From NCBI GenBank assembly GCA_947166445.1, contig CAMVED010000003.1, positions 589-64,588 on the forward strand: 64,000 nucleotides of DNA, given 5' to 3'. The position numbers and the translations under genes were made by a program. How positions within the stretch are numbered: position 1 is the first letter of the stretch; each line of letters starts with the position of its first letter. Below, one piece after another: positions 27,440 to 36,820 of the stretch. The notes below the pieces were generated by a model. The model searched no databases and was not told the origin of the DNA. It saw nothing but the letters and a program-made list of their open reading frames with translations. Source of the stretch: an uncultured Mycoplasmatota bacterium (lineage in GTDB: Bacteria > Bacillota_I > Bacilli_A > RF39 > UBA660).

Positions 27440-28710
27440 AATCTCCTCCTTGTCTCTGCTAATCCAGTACCGGTTTTTTTAGGCTCAACTCCAATTTCTG
27501 GATAATTTAGTTTATATAACTCTTCAATACTTAAAGAGTTTGTACATTCAAAAAAGAAATTATCATTATTAAGAATATAATTATTTATAGTTAAATACTT
27601 TACTTGTTCATTATTTATACGATGAATTATTACCCATTTATATAGAAAATCTTTAATTATTTCCATTTCATAGTCCTTAACAGTGCCATATTTATTTATA
27701 AACATAAATAATGCATCATAATATACTATATTTATAAACTTATAATCATAATTAAACCATTTTTCTGGATAATCATTTATTTGGGTATCTTTTAAAACTT
27801 TATTATACAAATTGTACTTTTCAATTATGTTATCATATGATTCTATCAGATTTTCAACCATAAGAAAGAATGAAATTCCTTTTTTAAAAGGTTTATTTAA
27901 TAAAAATATACTATCTGATACAGATTTATAATATTTAACATAATTATACTCATAATTTTCACTATTGCTATATCCCTTATATAAATATATATCATTCTTT
28001 GAAAAATCTTTCCTTTCTTTATTTAATGACCAATTGTATATATTAAACAAAACATCATCAAACAAAAATTGAATTTTATTTTTCCTTGAAATTAGTTTAG
28101 AAGGTTCTTTTATATATTTGTCCCATATTTCTAATGCTTGTTTTTTTTCAGATTTACTATTTATTGCACCCAAGTGATAGGCTTTTAATAAATCAATTGG
28201 ATCTAATTGCTTAAACTTTGAATTTCTTCCATCAAATAATTGAAACGCTTCATTTTCATCACTTGCTGTTAATATAAAAAACTTAATTTTGTATTTAACA
28301 TATTTAACAAATTTATTAATATCAAATTGATCATCTTTAGTTAATCTTTTTATATATTCTTTTATTTCATTATTATTTGAAATTATTCTATTTACAGTAT
28401 TTGAAACACATTGTATTTTCTCATTAAGTATTTTCATTCCATCATCTAAACCTAACTCTTTGCATAGTAATGCTAAAGATATTATTCTTTGTTGACCATC
28501 TACAATATCATAATTATTCTTATTTTTTAATAAGATAATTGTTCCTAAATTTATTTCTTTATCACATATAAATTCGTTATATATATCATTTAATAATATC
28601 AATATATTAGACCTTTCCCATTCATATGGACGTTGATATAAAGGAATTTGTAAATTCATTTGTAAAAGTCTAAATAAACTATCCGTTTTTATTCTTTTCA
28701 ATATGATCAC
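27421..28710 (-). CDS. DUF262 domain protein (partner of the GmrSD-like gene)
   Basis: LYQRPYEWE and DGQQRIISL. 19-nt overlap with the downstream gene. No clear DUF1524 motif. Confidence 0.75.
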   Translation of the reverse strand: MIILKRIKTDSLFRLLQMNLQIPLYQRPYEWERSNILILLNDIYNEFICDKEINLGTIILLKNKNNYDIVDGQQRIISLALLCKELGLDDGMKILNEKIQCVSNTVNRIISNNNEIKEYIKRLTKDDQFDINKFVKYVKYKIKFFILTASDENEAFQLFDGRNSKFKQLDPIDLLKAYHLGAINSKSEKKQALEIWDKYIKEPSKLISRKNKIQFLFDDVLFNIYNWSLNKERKDFSKNDIYLYKGYSNSENYEYNYVKYYKSVSDSIFLLNKPFKKGISFFLMVENLIESYDNIIEKYNLYNKVLKDTQINDYPEKWFNYDYKFINIVYYDALFMFINKYGTVKDYEMEIIKDFLYKWVIIHRINNEQVKYLTINNYILNNDNFFFECTNSLSIEELYKLNYPEIGVEPKKTGTGLAETRRRLWEQLK

Positions 28711-28817
28711 CTACGATAAAATTATATCATAAAAAGTATTAATAGTTAATTATAAAAAAGATGTTAATTAAACATCTTAATAAACTAATACCTATAAATA
28801 ATTTTAGAAAAATATTT

Positions 28818-30059
28818 TTATTTTTTTAAGCTATGTATTGTTTTTGATCCTTTGTGACTAGAACCCCTTAATAGGCTTGATACTATTGGCTCCCATTCAT
28901 GTCCACATATTTTACATTTTGCTTTAACAGGATAATGCCTTCCCTTATACTTACCTATTATTTCTACATTTGGATTCTTAATTTTTAGTTCTTCAATTAG
29001 CTTTTTTTCATCTTTTAAGAATTTCTCATGAGCTTTTATCGTTCCACATTTTTTACAGCCATCACCTCTTATTAAATTTGCTGGTATTCCCCTCCACTGA
29101 AAACCACACTTTTTACATTTGACAAGAATTCTTCTGTTAGCGTTTTCGTATTTTCCAATCACTTTTACAGAAGGTAAAATCTTATACATTTCTTTTAAAA
29201 AATCTTCGTGAGTTTTACATTTAGCTAAAGAATACGCTTGTGTTTCAATATCGTTCCACTCGTTTTCATTAAAATCACATTCTATGCCGCATACCTTAAA
29301 TAAATCTGCTACCAATTTTTTTATTTCTTTTCTATCAGATTTATTATAATCATCTTCAAACACAATACAGTTATCTTTGAATGGTTTTATCTCATTTTTT
29401 GGGAACTTATCATATACTGTTATCAATTTAAATCCTTTATTATTACAAAGCTCTCTTTTTTTCTCATCTCTTTTTATATATTTTCTATGTAAAAACCAAT
29501 TTCCGGGTTCTATAGCTATTTTTAATTTTGGTATTAAAATATCAAGTTCCATACCAATTAGTTTCCTATCTCTAGAAATAACTTCAGCTTCTGATAGTTT
29601 CTTTATAAAAGAAATCCTAATAAATTGTTCCATAAAACTTGTGCCTGATTTAGCACACCTAGGACATCCGTGTCCTTGTAATAGAGAATAAGCTCTTGCT
29701 TCCCATTCATTATTACATCTATTACATTTACATTTTATCATACTTTTATTATTGCTATAATTTGATTTTACAAGTATATCTTTATTAATTTTATACAATT
29801 CATTTATAAAGTCGTCCTGACTTTTTCTGGCTGTTAAGCCTTTATTATTATTTAATCCTCTAATCGTTTTACATTTTGGACAAGCTCTTCCAGATAATAA
29901 GGAATAGGCTTTAGCATCCCATTCAAATCCACATTTATTACATTTAGCTTTTATGTAATCTGTTGCTTTTGTATATTTACCAACAATAGTAACTTTATTA
30001 TTTCTATTTTTTATTTCTTTAATAAATTGCTCATGAGTTTTTGTCAAAGATATCACCAT
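28818..30059 (-). CDS. Four-fold zinc-ribbon repeat protein with central Vsr/DUF559-like endonuclease core
   Basis: Four modules of the form KC.KCG.EW.....SLL.G.GCP.C; the last has lost its second Cys pair. The central MELDILIP...IAIEPGNWFLH...KGFKLITVYD resembles a Vsr-type PD-(D/E)xK fold. Confidence 0.55.
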   Translation of the reverse strand: MVISLTKTHEQFIKEIKNRNNKVTIVGKYTKATDYIKAKCNKCGFEWDAKAYSLLSGRACPKCKTIRGLNNNKGLTARKSQDDFINELYKINKDILVKSNYSNNKSMIKCKCNRCNNEWEARAYSLLQGHGCPRCAKSGTSFMEQFIRISFIKKLSEAEVISRDRKLIGMELDILIPKLKIAIEPGNWFLHRKYIKRDEKKRELCNNKGFKLITVYDKFPKNEIKPFKDNCIVFEDDYNKSDRKEIKKLVADLFKVCGIECDFNENEWNDIETQAYSLAKCKTHEDFLKEMYKILPSVKVIGKYENANRRILVKCKKCGFQWRGIPANLIRGDGCKKCGTIKAHEKFLKDEKKLIEELKIKNPNVEIIGKYKGRHYPVKAKCKICGHEWEPIVSSLLRGSSHKGSKTIHSLKK

Positions 30060-30189
30060 ACTTATATAATATATTATACTATATTATATCATATATTTGT
30101 TTAAGCTAAACTAGTTAAATTTGATATTATAGTTCCTACTTAAATCAAATATTAAAACCATTTATAACTACTGTATAAGTTAATTACTC

Positions 30190-30200
30190 TCTTCAGGGGG
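30190..30200 (+). repeat. Island junction core TCTTCAGGGGG, copy 1 (putative attL of island A)
   Basis: Exact 11-mer, identical to 41335-41345 and 52738-52748. Confidence 0.6.
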
Positions 30201-30450
30201 CGGTTTAGATTTTTAAGAATATTTCGCAAAATGTCAAATCTTTTTCAAAGCCATTTTTGCCTTAAAAATACTTTGCTTTGAACGGTTTTTTCCTGTATGA
30301 ATACCTTTGGTGAGACGTAACATTTTTTATTTCAATTTCTTATAAGATGCTATATTTTACATTTTAAGTACCACTTTTTAAGCCAAAAATACTTGACTTT
30401 AATCAATAAAAGAGTGATTAATACAATACCTTTTGAAGGGAGGTATTATA

Positions 30451-30708
30451 TTGAAAGCTAAAGAAATATTAGAAATAATTTCTATGCCCTGGTGTTCTAA
30501 TCAAGATATCATGAAAATTGGTAATGTATCCACTTCTACTGCAAGTAAAATAAAGAAAGTAATAGAAAGTGAATTCAGAAAAAAAGAGCCAAACAAATTC
30601 ATGCCTGCTCACTGTGTTCCAACTAAAGAAGTAATCAAATATTTTGATCTTGATATTGAGTTTTTAAAATCTGTTATTTATCTAGATAAAGAAGAAAGAG
30701 TTGAATAA
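30451..30708 (+). CDS. Small DNA-binding-like protein (HTH/excisionase-like?)
   Basis: TTG start 6 nt after GGGAGG. NQDIMKIGNVSTSTASKIKK is HTH-like. Start codon uncertain. Confidence 0.45.
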   Translation: MKAKEILEIISMPWCSNQDIMKIGNVSTSTASKIKKVIESEFRKKEPNKFMPAHCVPTKEVIKYFDLDIEFLKSVIYLDKEERVE

Positions 30709-30719
30709 TTTTTCGACTC

Positions 30720-31769
30720 TTATTTTATTTCATTTGCTATAACAATTCTTAATTTTTCAAGATCAATTTTTTCTTCGTTCACATATTCATTTTTTCTAGC
30801 AATTATTTTATTCCAAATACTCAGTATTTTTTTATTATTTATAATTTTATCGTCAAGTTTATAATCCTTTTGTAGTAATTCTTTGTGTACAAATAAAGAT
30901 ACAATAGTATTATCTATTATTGTATGAATTTTTTCTTCACTTCTATCAAAATTACTACTAATTAAGTTTAGATAGTAAACAACTTCTTCTCTAAAAACAA
31001 ATAAATCCAAATTTAAAATATCAGATAAATATATTAAATCAATAGCTTGACAAAATCTTCCATATAAGAATTCATATAAAGCTTCCATAATATCCATTGG
31101 ATTAGATGAGTCTATAATTCTTCCACTGCTTTTACAAAAATTAACAATTTTTTCTGTTATATTTTTACTTATATCTTTTTGGTGAGTAAATATGTAATCG
31201 GCTTTAACAAGCTTATTTAGTTCTTCTACATCATTAACACTTTTAGAATAATTTATCAAATCTTCATTACTTTGAATTGGATAATTAGTAAATTCAGTCA
31301 ATGATTGATATGTAAATCTGTTACTAATATAGTTTATATCATCTGAAATATCTGGATAATACAACCTCATTGGAACTATCAATATGTTATTTTTATTGAT
31401 TAATTTTTTATTATCTATAATATTATCAACAATACATATCAAGATTTCTATAATTCTATTTTCATCTATTACATCGTTCAATCTAAACATATTAATCATT
31501 TTACAAATAGGTTCATCCATTATTACCGCATTATTAATGCATAAAGGCAACTTGTGCTCATATTCACTAAAATGAATATACATAGCACCACCAATATATG
31601 AACACTTTTGATATTTTAAAAATTCACAAATAAACTGTTTTTTCTTCATCCAAAATAATTCTATTTCATCCAAAACATCCAAAAACTCATCTTGATTACT
31701 TAATCTTAGTTTTAATTTTTCTATTAACATCAAATATTGCTTATTAATATTTATTATTCTATGATCCAT
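30720..31769 (-). CDS. Hypothetical 349-aa protein (island A cargo, gene 2 of an unknown pair)
   Basis: Long ORF with an 11-nt overlap onto the upstream gene. No motif recognised. Confidence 0.6.
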   Translation of the reverse strand: MDHRIININKQYLMLIEKLKLRLSNQDEFLDVLDEIELFWMKKKQFICEFLKYQKCSYIGGAMYIHFSEYEHKLPLCINNAVIMDEPICKMINMFRLNDVIDENRIIEILICIVDNIIDNKKLINKNNILIVPMRLYYPDISDDINYISNRFTYQSLTEFTNYPIQSNEDLINYSKSVNDVEELNKLVKADYIFTHQKDISKNITEKIVNFCKSSGRIIDSSNPMDIMEALYEFLYGRFCQAIDLIYLSDILNLDLFVFREEVVYYLNLISSNFDRSEEKIHTIIDNTIVSLFVHKELLQKDYKLDDKIINNKKILSIWNKIIARKNEYVNEEKIDLEKLRIVIANEIK

Positions 31770-33195
31770 ACTTTCTCAATTCCTCTATTTTGAAATTTTC
31801 ATACTGTGAATTCAATAATTCTATAAATTTATTGGAAATCTTTATCATATCTGATTTTATACTTGAACACTTAACTTCAAAATTAATGTCTGACTGAAAA
31901 TGACTTTTATGCAATGGATTAGAACAAGAAACAGTAGCACTTTCTCTTATAGCACCCCAATGACCATGTGAAAACTGCACATCATAATCATACAATAAAT
32001 CATACAATTCTTTCTCGCCTATTTCTTTAAATCTATCTTTAATACTTTTTTTATCAAAATAACCCAAGTTAACATCAAGATATTCCTCAGATTTCAGTTC
32101 ATTGGAAAGAGCTTCCAACACTAAAGGTAACATATGTCCATATTCTTTTATTTTGTTATCACGTGCTTTAACATTGATAAGTTTATAATGTCCTAATCCA
32201 TCCTCAATATAATCTATGTATATATTTGGATTGGTCTTTTCTTCAACAACTAAAAATTTAGCAATCACGTAGCAATCCATTAACGTTCTCATTAGAATTC
32301 TACCTGATATTTTAAAGTATAAATCGTTCTCATCAATTTCGTTCATTATTTTTAAAAAATAATTAAAAATTGAAGTTAAAACATTGAATTTTGTATTGTC
32401 AAAATCTTTAGAATTTTCACAAACTAATAATGATAACTGTTTTTTTGCTTCTTGAATATATTCTTTCATATTTACATTACACCTTTCTTTATAATCTATA
32501 TAAAAGTTATCACAATCACTTACTTTACCAAGAACATCCCAAAAATATAAATAATAGTTTCTTGGTTCATATATAGGCTCAGCAGCTATTTCTGTACTTC
32601 TAATCAAGGATCTATATAATTTCATTCTTTCATCTGTATGATCTAAATAGCAATATTCTTTAATTGCATCCATTGTTTCCATTTCCTCAATAAAATGAAG
32701 CTTACCCTGCGCAAATAAAAAATAAACTATAATAAATCTTACATCAGTAGATACTTCTGAATGATCATCAATTAAATTTTTAATATTTTCTTTTATTTGA
32801 TTTATTCTATACTTGTTTGGCATCTTAAAATCATAAAATTTTTTTCTATACAATTCATTATTATCACAAACACAACAAAAAACATCCATTATAGTTTTGT
32901 CAATTGTTAATGCAATAAAATCATATAATTCACAATTGTTCAATTCTAACAAAGAAGAAAATCTTAAATCATTTATTTCAAGCTTATTATTTACTATGTA
33001 TTCAATAATACTATATACTTTCTTAAATCCTTCTTTGCGACCATACTTATTAAGTATACATCCAAGCCATAAATATTCAGGGACTCTTTCCTTATACCAA
33101 GATCTCAGAGTAAATTTATCGCCTATTACTGCATTCCATGGAGTTAACAATTGCTTCTTGACCAGTTTATGTTCTTTTAGTGTGCTATTACGCAT
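31759..33195 (-). CDS. Hypothetical 478-aa protein (island A cargo, gene 1 of an unknown pair)
   Basis: Start moved to MRNSTLKEH (AGGAGG RBS). All-helical looking, with a FSHGHWGAIRE motif near the C-terminus. No family recognised. Confidence 0.6.
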   Translation of the reverse strand: MRNSTLKEHKLVKKQLLTPWNAVIGDKFTLRSWYKERVPEYLWLGCILNKYGRKEGFKKVYSIIEYIVNNKLEINDLRFSSLLELNNCELYDFIALTIDKTIMDVFCCVCDNNELYRKKFYDFKMPNKYRINQIKENIKNLIDDHSEVSTDVRFIIVYFLFAQGKLHFIEEMETMDAIKEYCYLDHTDERMKLYRSLIRSTEIAAEPIYEPRNYYLYFWDVLGKVSDCDNFYIDYKERCNVNMKEYIQEAKKQLSLLVCENSKDFDNTKFNVLTSIFNYFLKIMNEIDENDLYFKISGRILMRTLMDCYVIAKFLVVEEKTNPNIYIDYIEDGLGHYKLINVKARDNKIKEYGHMLPLVLEALSNELKSEEYLDVNLGYFDKKSIKDRFKEIGEKELYDLLYDYDVQFSHGHWGAIRESATVSCSNPLHKSHFQSDINFEVKCSSIKSDMIKISNKFIELLNSQYENFKIEELRKYGS

Positions 33196-33302
33196 ATTTA
33201 ACCTCCTATCAAAAAAGTAGAGCATACCCCATTATTAAAATGAAATATTCTCTACTATCTGTAATTATATTATACCACTATTTCAATAAATATTAAACAC
33301 TT

Positions 33303-34238
33303 TTATAAAAAATAATCTTTTAATACTTCATCTAACATACCATATTTAGCTAAATGATAATTCATTAAATAATCCAGATTTCTAAACCCTTTTTGTAATT
33401 GATTCTTATCTTTATTATCCCAACACATTCCATCTGTTAATAAAATAAATCCTATATTAAGTTTCTTTAAATCATTTTGTCTATTTATGTAACTATCTAT
33501 AATTTCTTCCGGTTTTGAACCACCTCTAAAGAAATAGTCAACTTCTATATTTAATACTTTATTTTCTTTTACTAAAATAAAATCTGCTTTTCTATTTGCG
33601 ACATCCGAAGACACTTTAAATCCATAATCTTTCAATACTTTAAATTGTTTTTGAGATATCAAAGATATATCATATTTTTTACATACTTCAGAGATAATTG
33701 GCTCACATGCATCTTCAAATGCAGTTCCTCCTCTATTCTTTCTGCCATTTGAATCTAAGCCAACTAAAACTCCTATAACATAATCAATAACACTTTTTTC
33801 TAACAGGTTTTCAAACAAATCTTTTAATCCCATTTTTTCGAAAAAGATATAGTATATTTCAATCGTTTCATCAGATAGTCCACCACTTATTTCATTTACA
33901 TTAAAATTATATGAATAAAAATCATCTTCATCTAAATCTTCATTTACTACTTGTAGATCATTTTTACCTTTCCAAACATCTTTGCGTTCACTTTTAGAAA
34001 GGGCAAATAATAATGGAAAAGTTGCTATTACTGTAGGAATCTTTCTTGCTAATTCAACAAATTTCTTATGAATATCATCACATCTTATTAAAACATTCAT
34101 AGCATTTAATTCTATCTCAAAATTTCTATAATCAAGTACATTGCCCCAATTAACATAGAAGTTAAATCCTCTATTAGTTGCAACTAAATTATCAACGAAT
34201 AATTCAGCTAATTCATCATTACTCATATTTTTATACAT
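33303..34238 (-). CDS. dpnB: Type II restriction endonuclease, DpnII/MboI family (GATC)
   Basis: DYVIGVLVGLDSNGRKNRGGTAFE and NIEVDYFFRGGSK closely parallel S. pneumoniae DpnII (DYVTGVEVGMDTNGRKNRTGDAME; IEVNFYSGSGSK). Confidence 0.85.
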   Translation of the reverse strand: MYKNMSNDELAELFVDNLVATNRGFNFYVNWGNVLDYRNFEIELNAMNVLIRCDDIHKKFVELARKIPTVIATFPLLFALSKSERKDVWKGKNDLQVVNEDLDEDDFYSYNFNVNEISGGLSDETIEIYYIFFEKMGLKDLFENLLEKSVIDYVIGVLVGLDSNGRKNRGGTAFEDACEPIISEVCKKYDISLISQKQFKVLKDYGFKVSSDVANRKADFILVKENKVLNIEVDYFFRGGSKPEEIIDSYINRQNDLKKLNIGFILLTDGMCWDNKDKNQLQKGFRNLDYLMNYHLAKYGMLDEVLKDYFL

Positions 34239-34995
34239 TTTCTTCTAACCTCCTAATTGTAAGATCTAAATAATCTTTTTCTTTATCAATTCCTATATAT
34301 TTTCTTTTTAGCCTACTGGCAACAATGCCTGTAGTTCCACTACCATTGAATGGATCAAGTATTAAATCCTTTTCATCTGTAGATGCAAGTATTATTTTTT
34401 CTAGAAGTGCTATTGGTTTTTGTGTAGGATGTTTACCACACTTTTTTTCACTCGGTTTAGTTAATGATGTTTCCCATACATCTTTCATTTGTTTACCATC
34501 ATTTAATTCTTTCATCACATCATAGTTAAATTTATGTTTAGCTTTTTTTATGTCTTTTTTAGCCCATAAAATCGTTTCTGTTGAGTGAACAAAGGCACGA
34601 CAGCTAATATTAGGAGGCGGATTTAATTTCTTCCATGTGATGTTATTTATAACCTTAAATCCCTCTTCTTCAAGTGCCATACCAATTGAATAAATATTAT
34701 GCATCGTTCCACTTATCCATATTGTTCCATCATCTTTTAAAACTCGCTTACAGGCTCTTATCCATTTCTTATTGAAGTTATGCTTTTCTTTGATGCCTAT
34801 CTTCTCATCCCATTCCCCTTTTTTAACTGATACCATTTTACCTGCACTACAAGTTATTCCATCTCCTGACAAAAAATATGGAGGATCTGCAAATATCATA
34901 TCAATAGTTTGTGGCTTGATTTTTTTCAATAATAAAAGGGCATCGCCATGCAATAATTTAAAATCATCTTTTTCGTAGTAATAATCCTCACTCAT
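34231..34995 (-). CDS. dpnA: N6-adenine DNA methyltransferase, N4/N6 (DpnA-like) family
   Basis: FADPPYFL motif IV precedes DPFNGSGTTG motif I. Start moved to M4 (AGGAGGTG RBS). Confidence 0.85.
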   Translation of the reverse strand: MSEDYYYEKDDFKLLHGDALLLLKKIKPQTIDMIFADPPYFLSGDGITCSAGKMVSVKKGEWDEKIGIKEKHNFNKKWIRACKRVLKDDGTIWISGTMHNIYSIGMALEEEGFKVINNITWKKLNPPPNISCRAFVHSTETILWAKKDIKKAKHKFNYDVMKELNDGKQMKDVWETSLTKPSEKKCGKHPTQKPIALLEKIILASTDEKDLILDPFNGSGTTGIVASRLKRKYIGIDKEKDYLDLTIRRLEENV

Positions 34996-35029
34996 GTAAT
35001 GCACCTCCTATATATATTATTACCTTAAA

Positions 35030-35881
35030 TTATGAAAACTCCTTACTATTTTCGTAATTTGTTATAATTACTTCTTCAACTTTACCTCTTTTTTTCCCAT
35101 TGGAATTTATATTTCTTTTAGCTTCAATAATATAGATATTATAGTCTTTATATAATTCATTGATTAATACTGTATTATGATTAGAAAGCATTACATAACA
35201 TCCTTTGTCAGATAATTCTTTATAAACTTTAGCTAATCTTTTTTGTTGTTCTTTTCCAAATCCATCTTCAGTATAACTATTAAATGTTGAGGTATCTGAA
35301 TCATATGGTGGATCAAAATATATAAAATCACCTTTTTTAGCATCTTTCACTGCTTCTTCAAAATCCACACTCAATATTTTAATATCATTCATTGTTAAAT
35401 AATTGCTAACTGTTATTAGATTACCACCCTCGTAAGTATTAACTTTTAATTTCTTACCAAATGGAACATTAAATTCATTCTTGCTATTTACTCTATATAA
35501 TCCATTAAAACAAGCTTTATTTAAATAAATTGTTCTTCCTGCTCTTGTATAATCTGATAGTCTATTAAATGATGCTTTATTTCTATCTTTATTTCTTATT
35601 TCATAAAAGAAATCTTCACTATGATTTGCTTCATAATTATTCAAAACATTACACATTTTTTTAAATTTATCTTCATCACATAAAACTTTGTAAACATTTA
35701 TAAGTTCTTCATTCGAATCATTGATAACTGCTTTTTTTGGAGATAATTCAAACAATAATGCGCCACCACCGACGAATGGTTCATAATAAGTATTAAACTC
35801 ATCAGGCACATATTGTAATAATTTATCAATTATTTGTCTTTTTCCTCCAACCCATTTAACAAATGGTTTTGCTTTTATCAT
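35030..35881 (-). CDS. dpnM: Dam-type (D12 class) N6-adenine DNA methyltransferase (DpnM-like)
   Basis: KPFVKWVGGKRQ, EPFVGGGA and FIYFDPPY. Start moved to M6. Confidence 0.9.
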   Translation of the reverse strand: MIKAKPFVKWVGGKRQIIDKLLQYVPDEFNTYYEPFVGGGALLFELSPKKAVINDSNEELINVYKVLCDEDKFKKMCNVLNNYEANHSEDFFYEIRNKDRNKASFNRLSDYTRAGRTIYLNKACFNGLYRVNSKNEFNVPFGKKLKVNTYEGGNLITVSNYLTMNDIKILSVDFEEAVKDAKKGDFIYFDPPYDSDTSTFNSYTEDGFGKEQQKRLAKVYKELSDKGCYVMLSNHNTVLINELYKDYNIYIIEAKRNINSNGKKRGKVEEVIITNYENSKEFS

Positions 35882-36024
35882 GTTATCTACCTCCAATTAA
35901 GTACATATTAATTATACCATTAAAATAATATTTTTCCTATAAAACTAATTATTAATTACACAATTTTTAATAATACTTGCAATATCTTTTAATTTAAGTG
36001 ATTAATACAACAGGAGGTATATTT

Positions 36025-36348
36025 ATGATCAGAAAATCTAATGGAAAAGATATTAGTGAAGAAGAATGGAACAATGTATTAAATCCTTTTTATGATAATT
36101 ATACTAATTTTATGGAAAGTTATGTTATGCCAGAAGTTATTGCTTTTTATATAGCAAGTTCCTTTTACAGAAATGCTATGTGGGAATCTACTTTTAAACA
36201 ACATTATAATTCTGGAAAGGAATATTTAAATATTTTTGATGAGAACTATAGAAAAGTAAAATCTGAAGTTATTAAATTATTAAGAATTAAATATTCCTTA
36301 GAAATCACTAATGAAAATCCTTTAGAACTTAAAAAAATAGAGTATTAG
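36025..36348 (+). CDS. Conserved island protein (paralog of 46573-46896), function unknown
   Basis: AGGAGG RBS. Clearly homologous to the island B copy (shared PEVIAFYIASSFYRNAMWE and KLLR.KYSLEI.NE.PL), and the upstream DNA is also conserved. Confidence 0.65.
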   Translation: MIRKSNGKDISEEEWNNVLNPFYDNYTNFMESYVMPEVIAFYIASSFYRNAMWESTFKQHYNSGKEYLNIFDENYRKVKSEVIKLLRIKYSLEITNENPLELKKIEY

Positions 36349-36463
36349 TATTTGCTAATCTCTTTTCTATTACAAAAAAAGAACAAGAGTACGGGTAAAA
36401 TCCCGCAGTCAAGTTCCTATTTACTTCTATCATTCTTTTTGTTTATTGTCAAGAAAATTCAAT

Positions 36464-36643
36464 TTATTCAACATCTTCACTAAGCTCAACATAATCTTCT
36501 AATGTTCCTATACGTCTTAAATAGTCATGTCCTCCATCAACTGCAATTGCCCCACATTTGCAATACTTGAAATCATGTCTATGTTTAGATTCAATTACAT
36601 CTCCACATTTTTTACATTTAACTTTATTGGTTATTATACTCAT
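36464..36643 (-). CDS. Small zinc-ribbon protein
   Basis: CKKCG...CKCG Cys4 pattern. Start moved to M23 (AGGAGG RBS). Confidence 0.5.
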   Translation of the reverse strand: MSIITNKVKCKKCGDVIESKHRHDFKYCKCGAIAVDGGHDYLRRIGTLEDYVELSEDVE

Positions 36644-36696
36644 TATTCTTACCTCCTGAAGCAACAATACTACAACAATTCTAATAAGTCTATATA

Positions 36697-36805
36697 ATTT
36701 ATTTTCCAAAAAACTCAGGGAAAATATAAAATTGTGTGAATGGAGGTGGCTGGTCGGTCTAGAAATTTACCAAATTAAAAAGAGTTATCCCTGGGGGGGT
36801 ACTCT
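36697..36805. repeat. Conserved non-coding block shared by islands A and B (copy A), ending in a GC hairpin terminator
   Basis: ATTTATTTTCCAAAAAACTCA.GGAAAATATAAA.TTGTGTGAAT..AGGTGGC... aligns with 47088-47195. The hairpin plus T-run on the minus strand follows the replisome-organizer stop. Confidence 0.7.
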
Positions 36806-36820
36806 TCGTTGGTTATATTT

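Noticed and set aside
30201-30432. Possible RNA gene or att arm sites in the 230-bp gap right of junction core 1
   Set aside because: Only weak AT-rich hairpins and loosely similar AAAGCCATTTTTGCC / AAGCCAAAAATAC motifs are present. No convincing promoter-terminator unit or repeat matches the other junctions.
36740-36778. 12-codon ORF (MEVAGRSRNLPN) with a GGAGG-like sequence inside the conserved non-coding block
   Set aside because: The ATG and reading frame are not conserved in the island B copy (47088-47195), so the conservation is at the nucleotide or RNA level and not coding.
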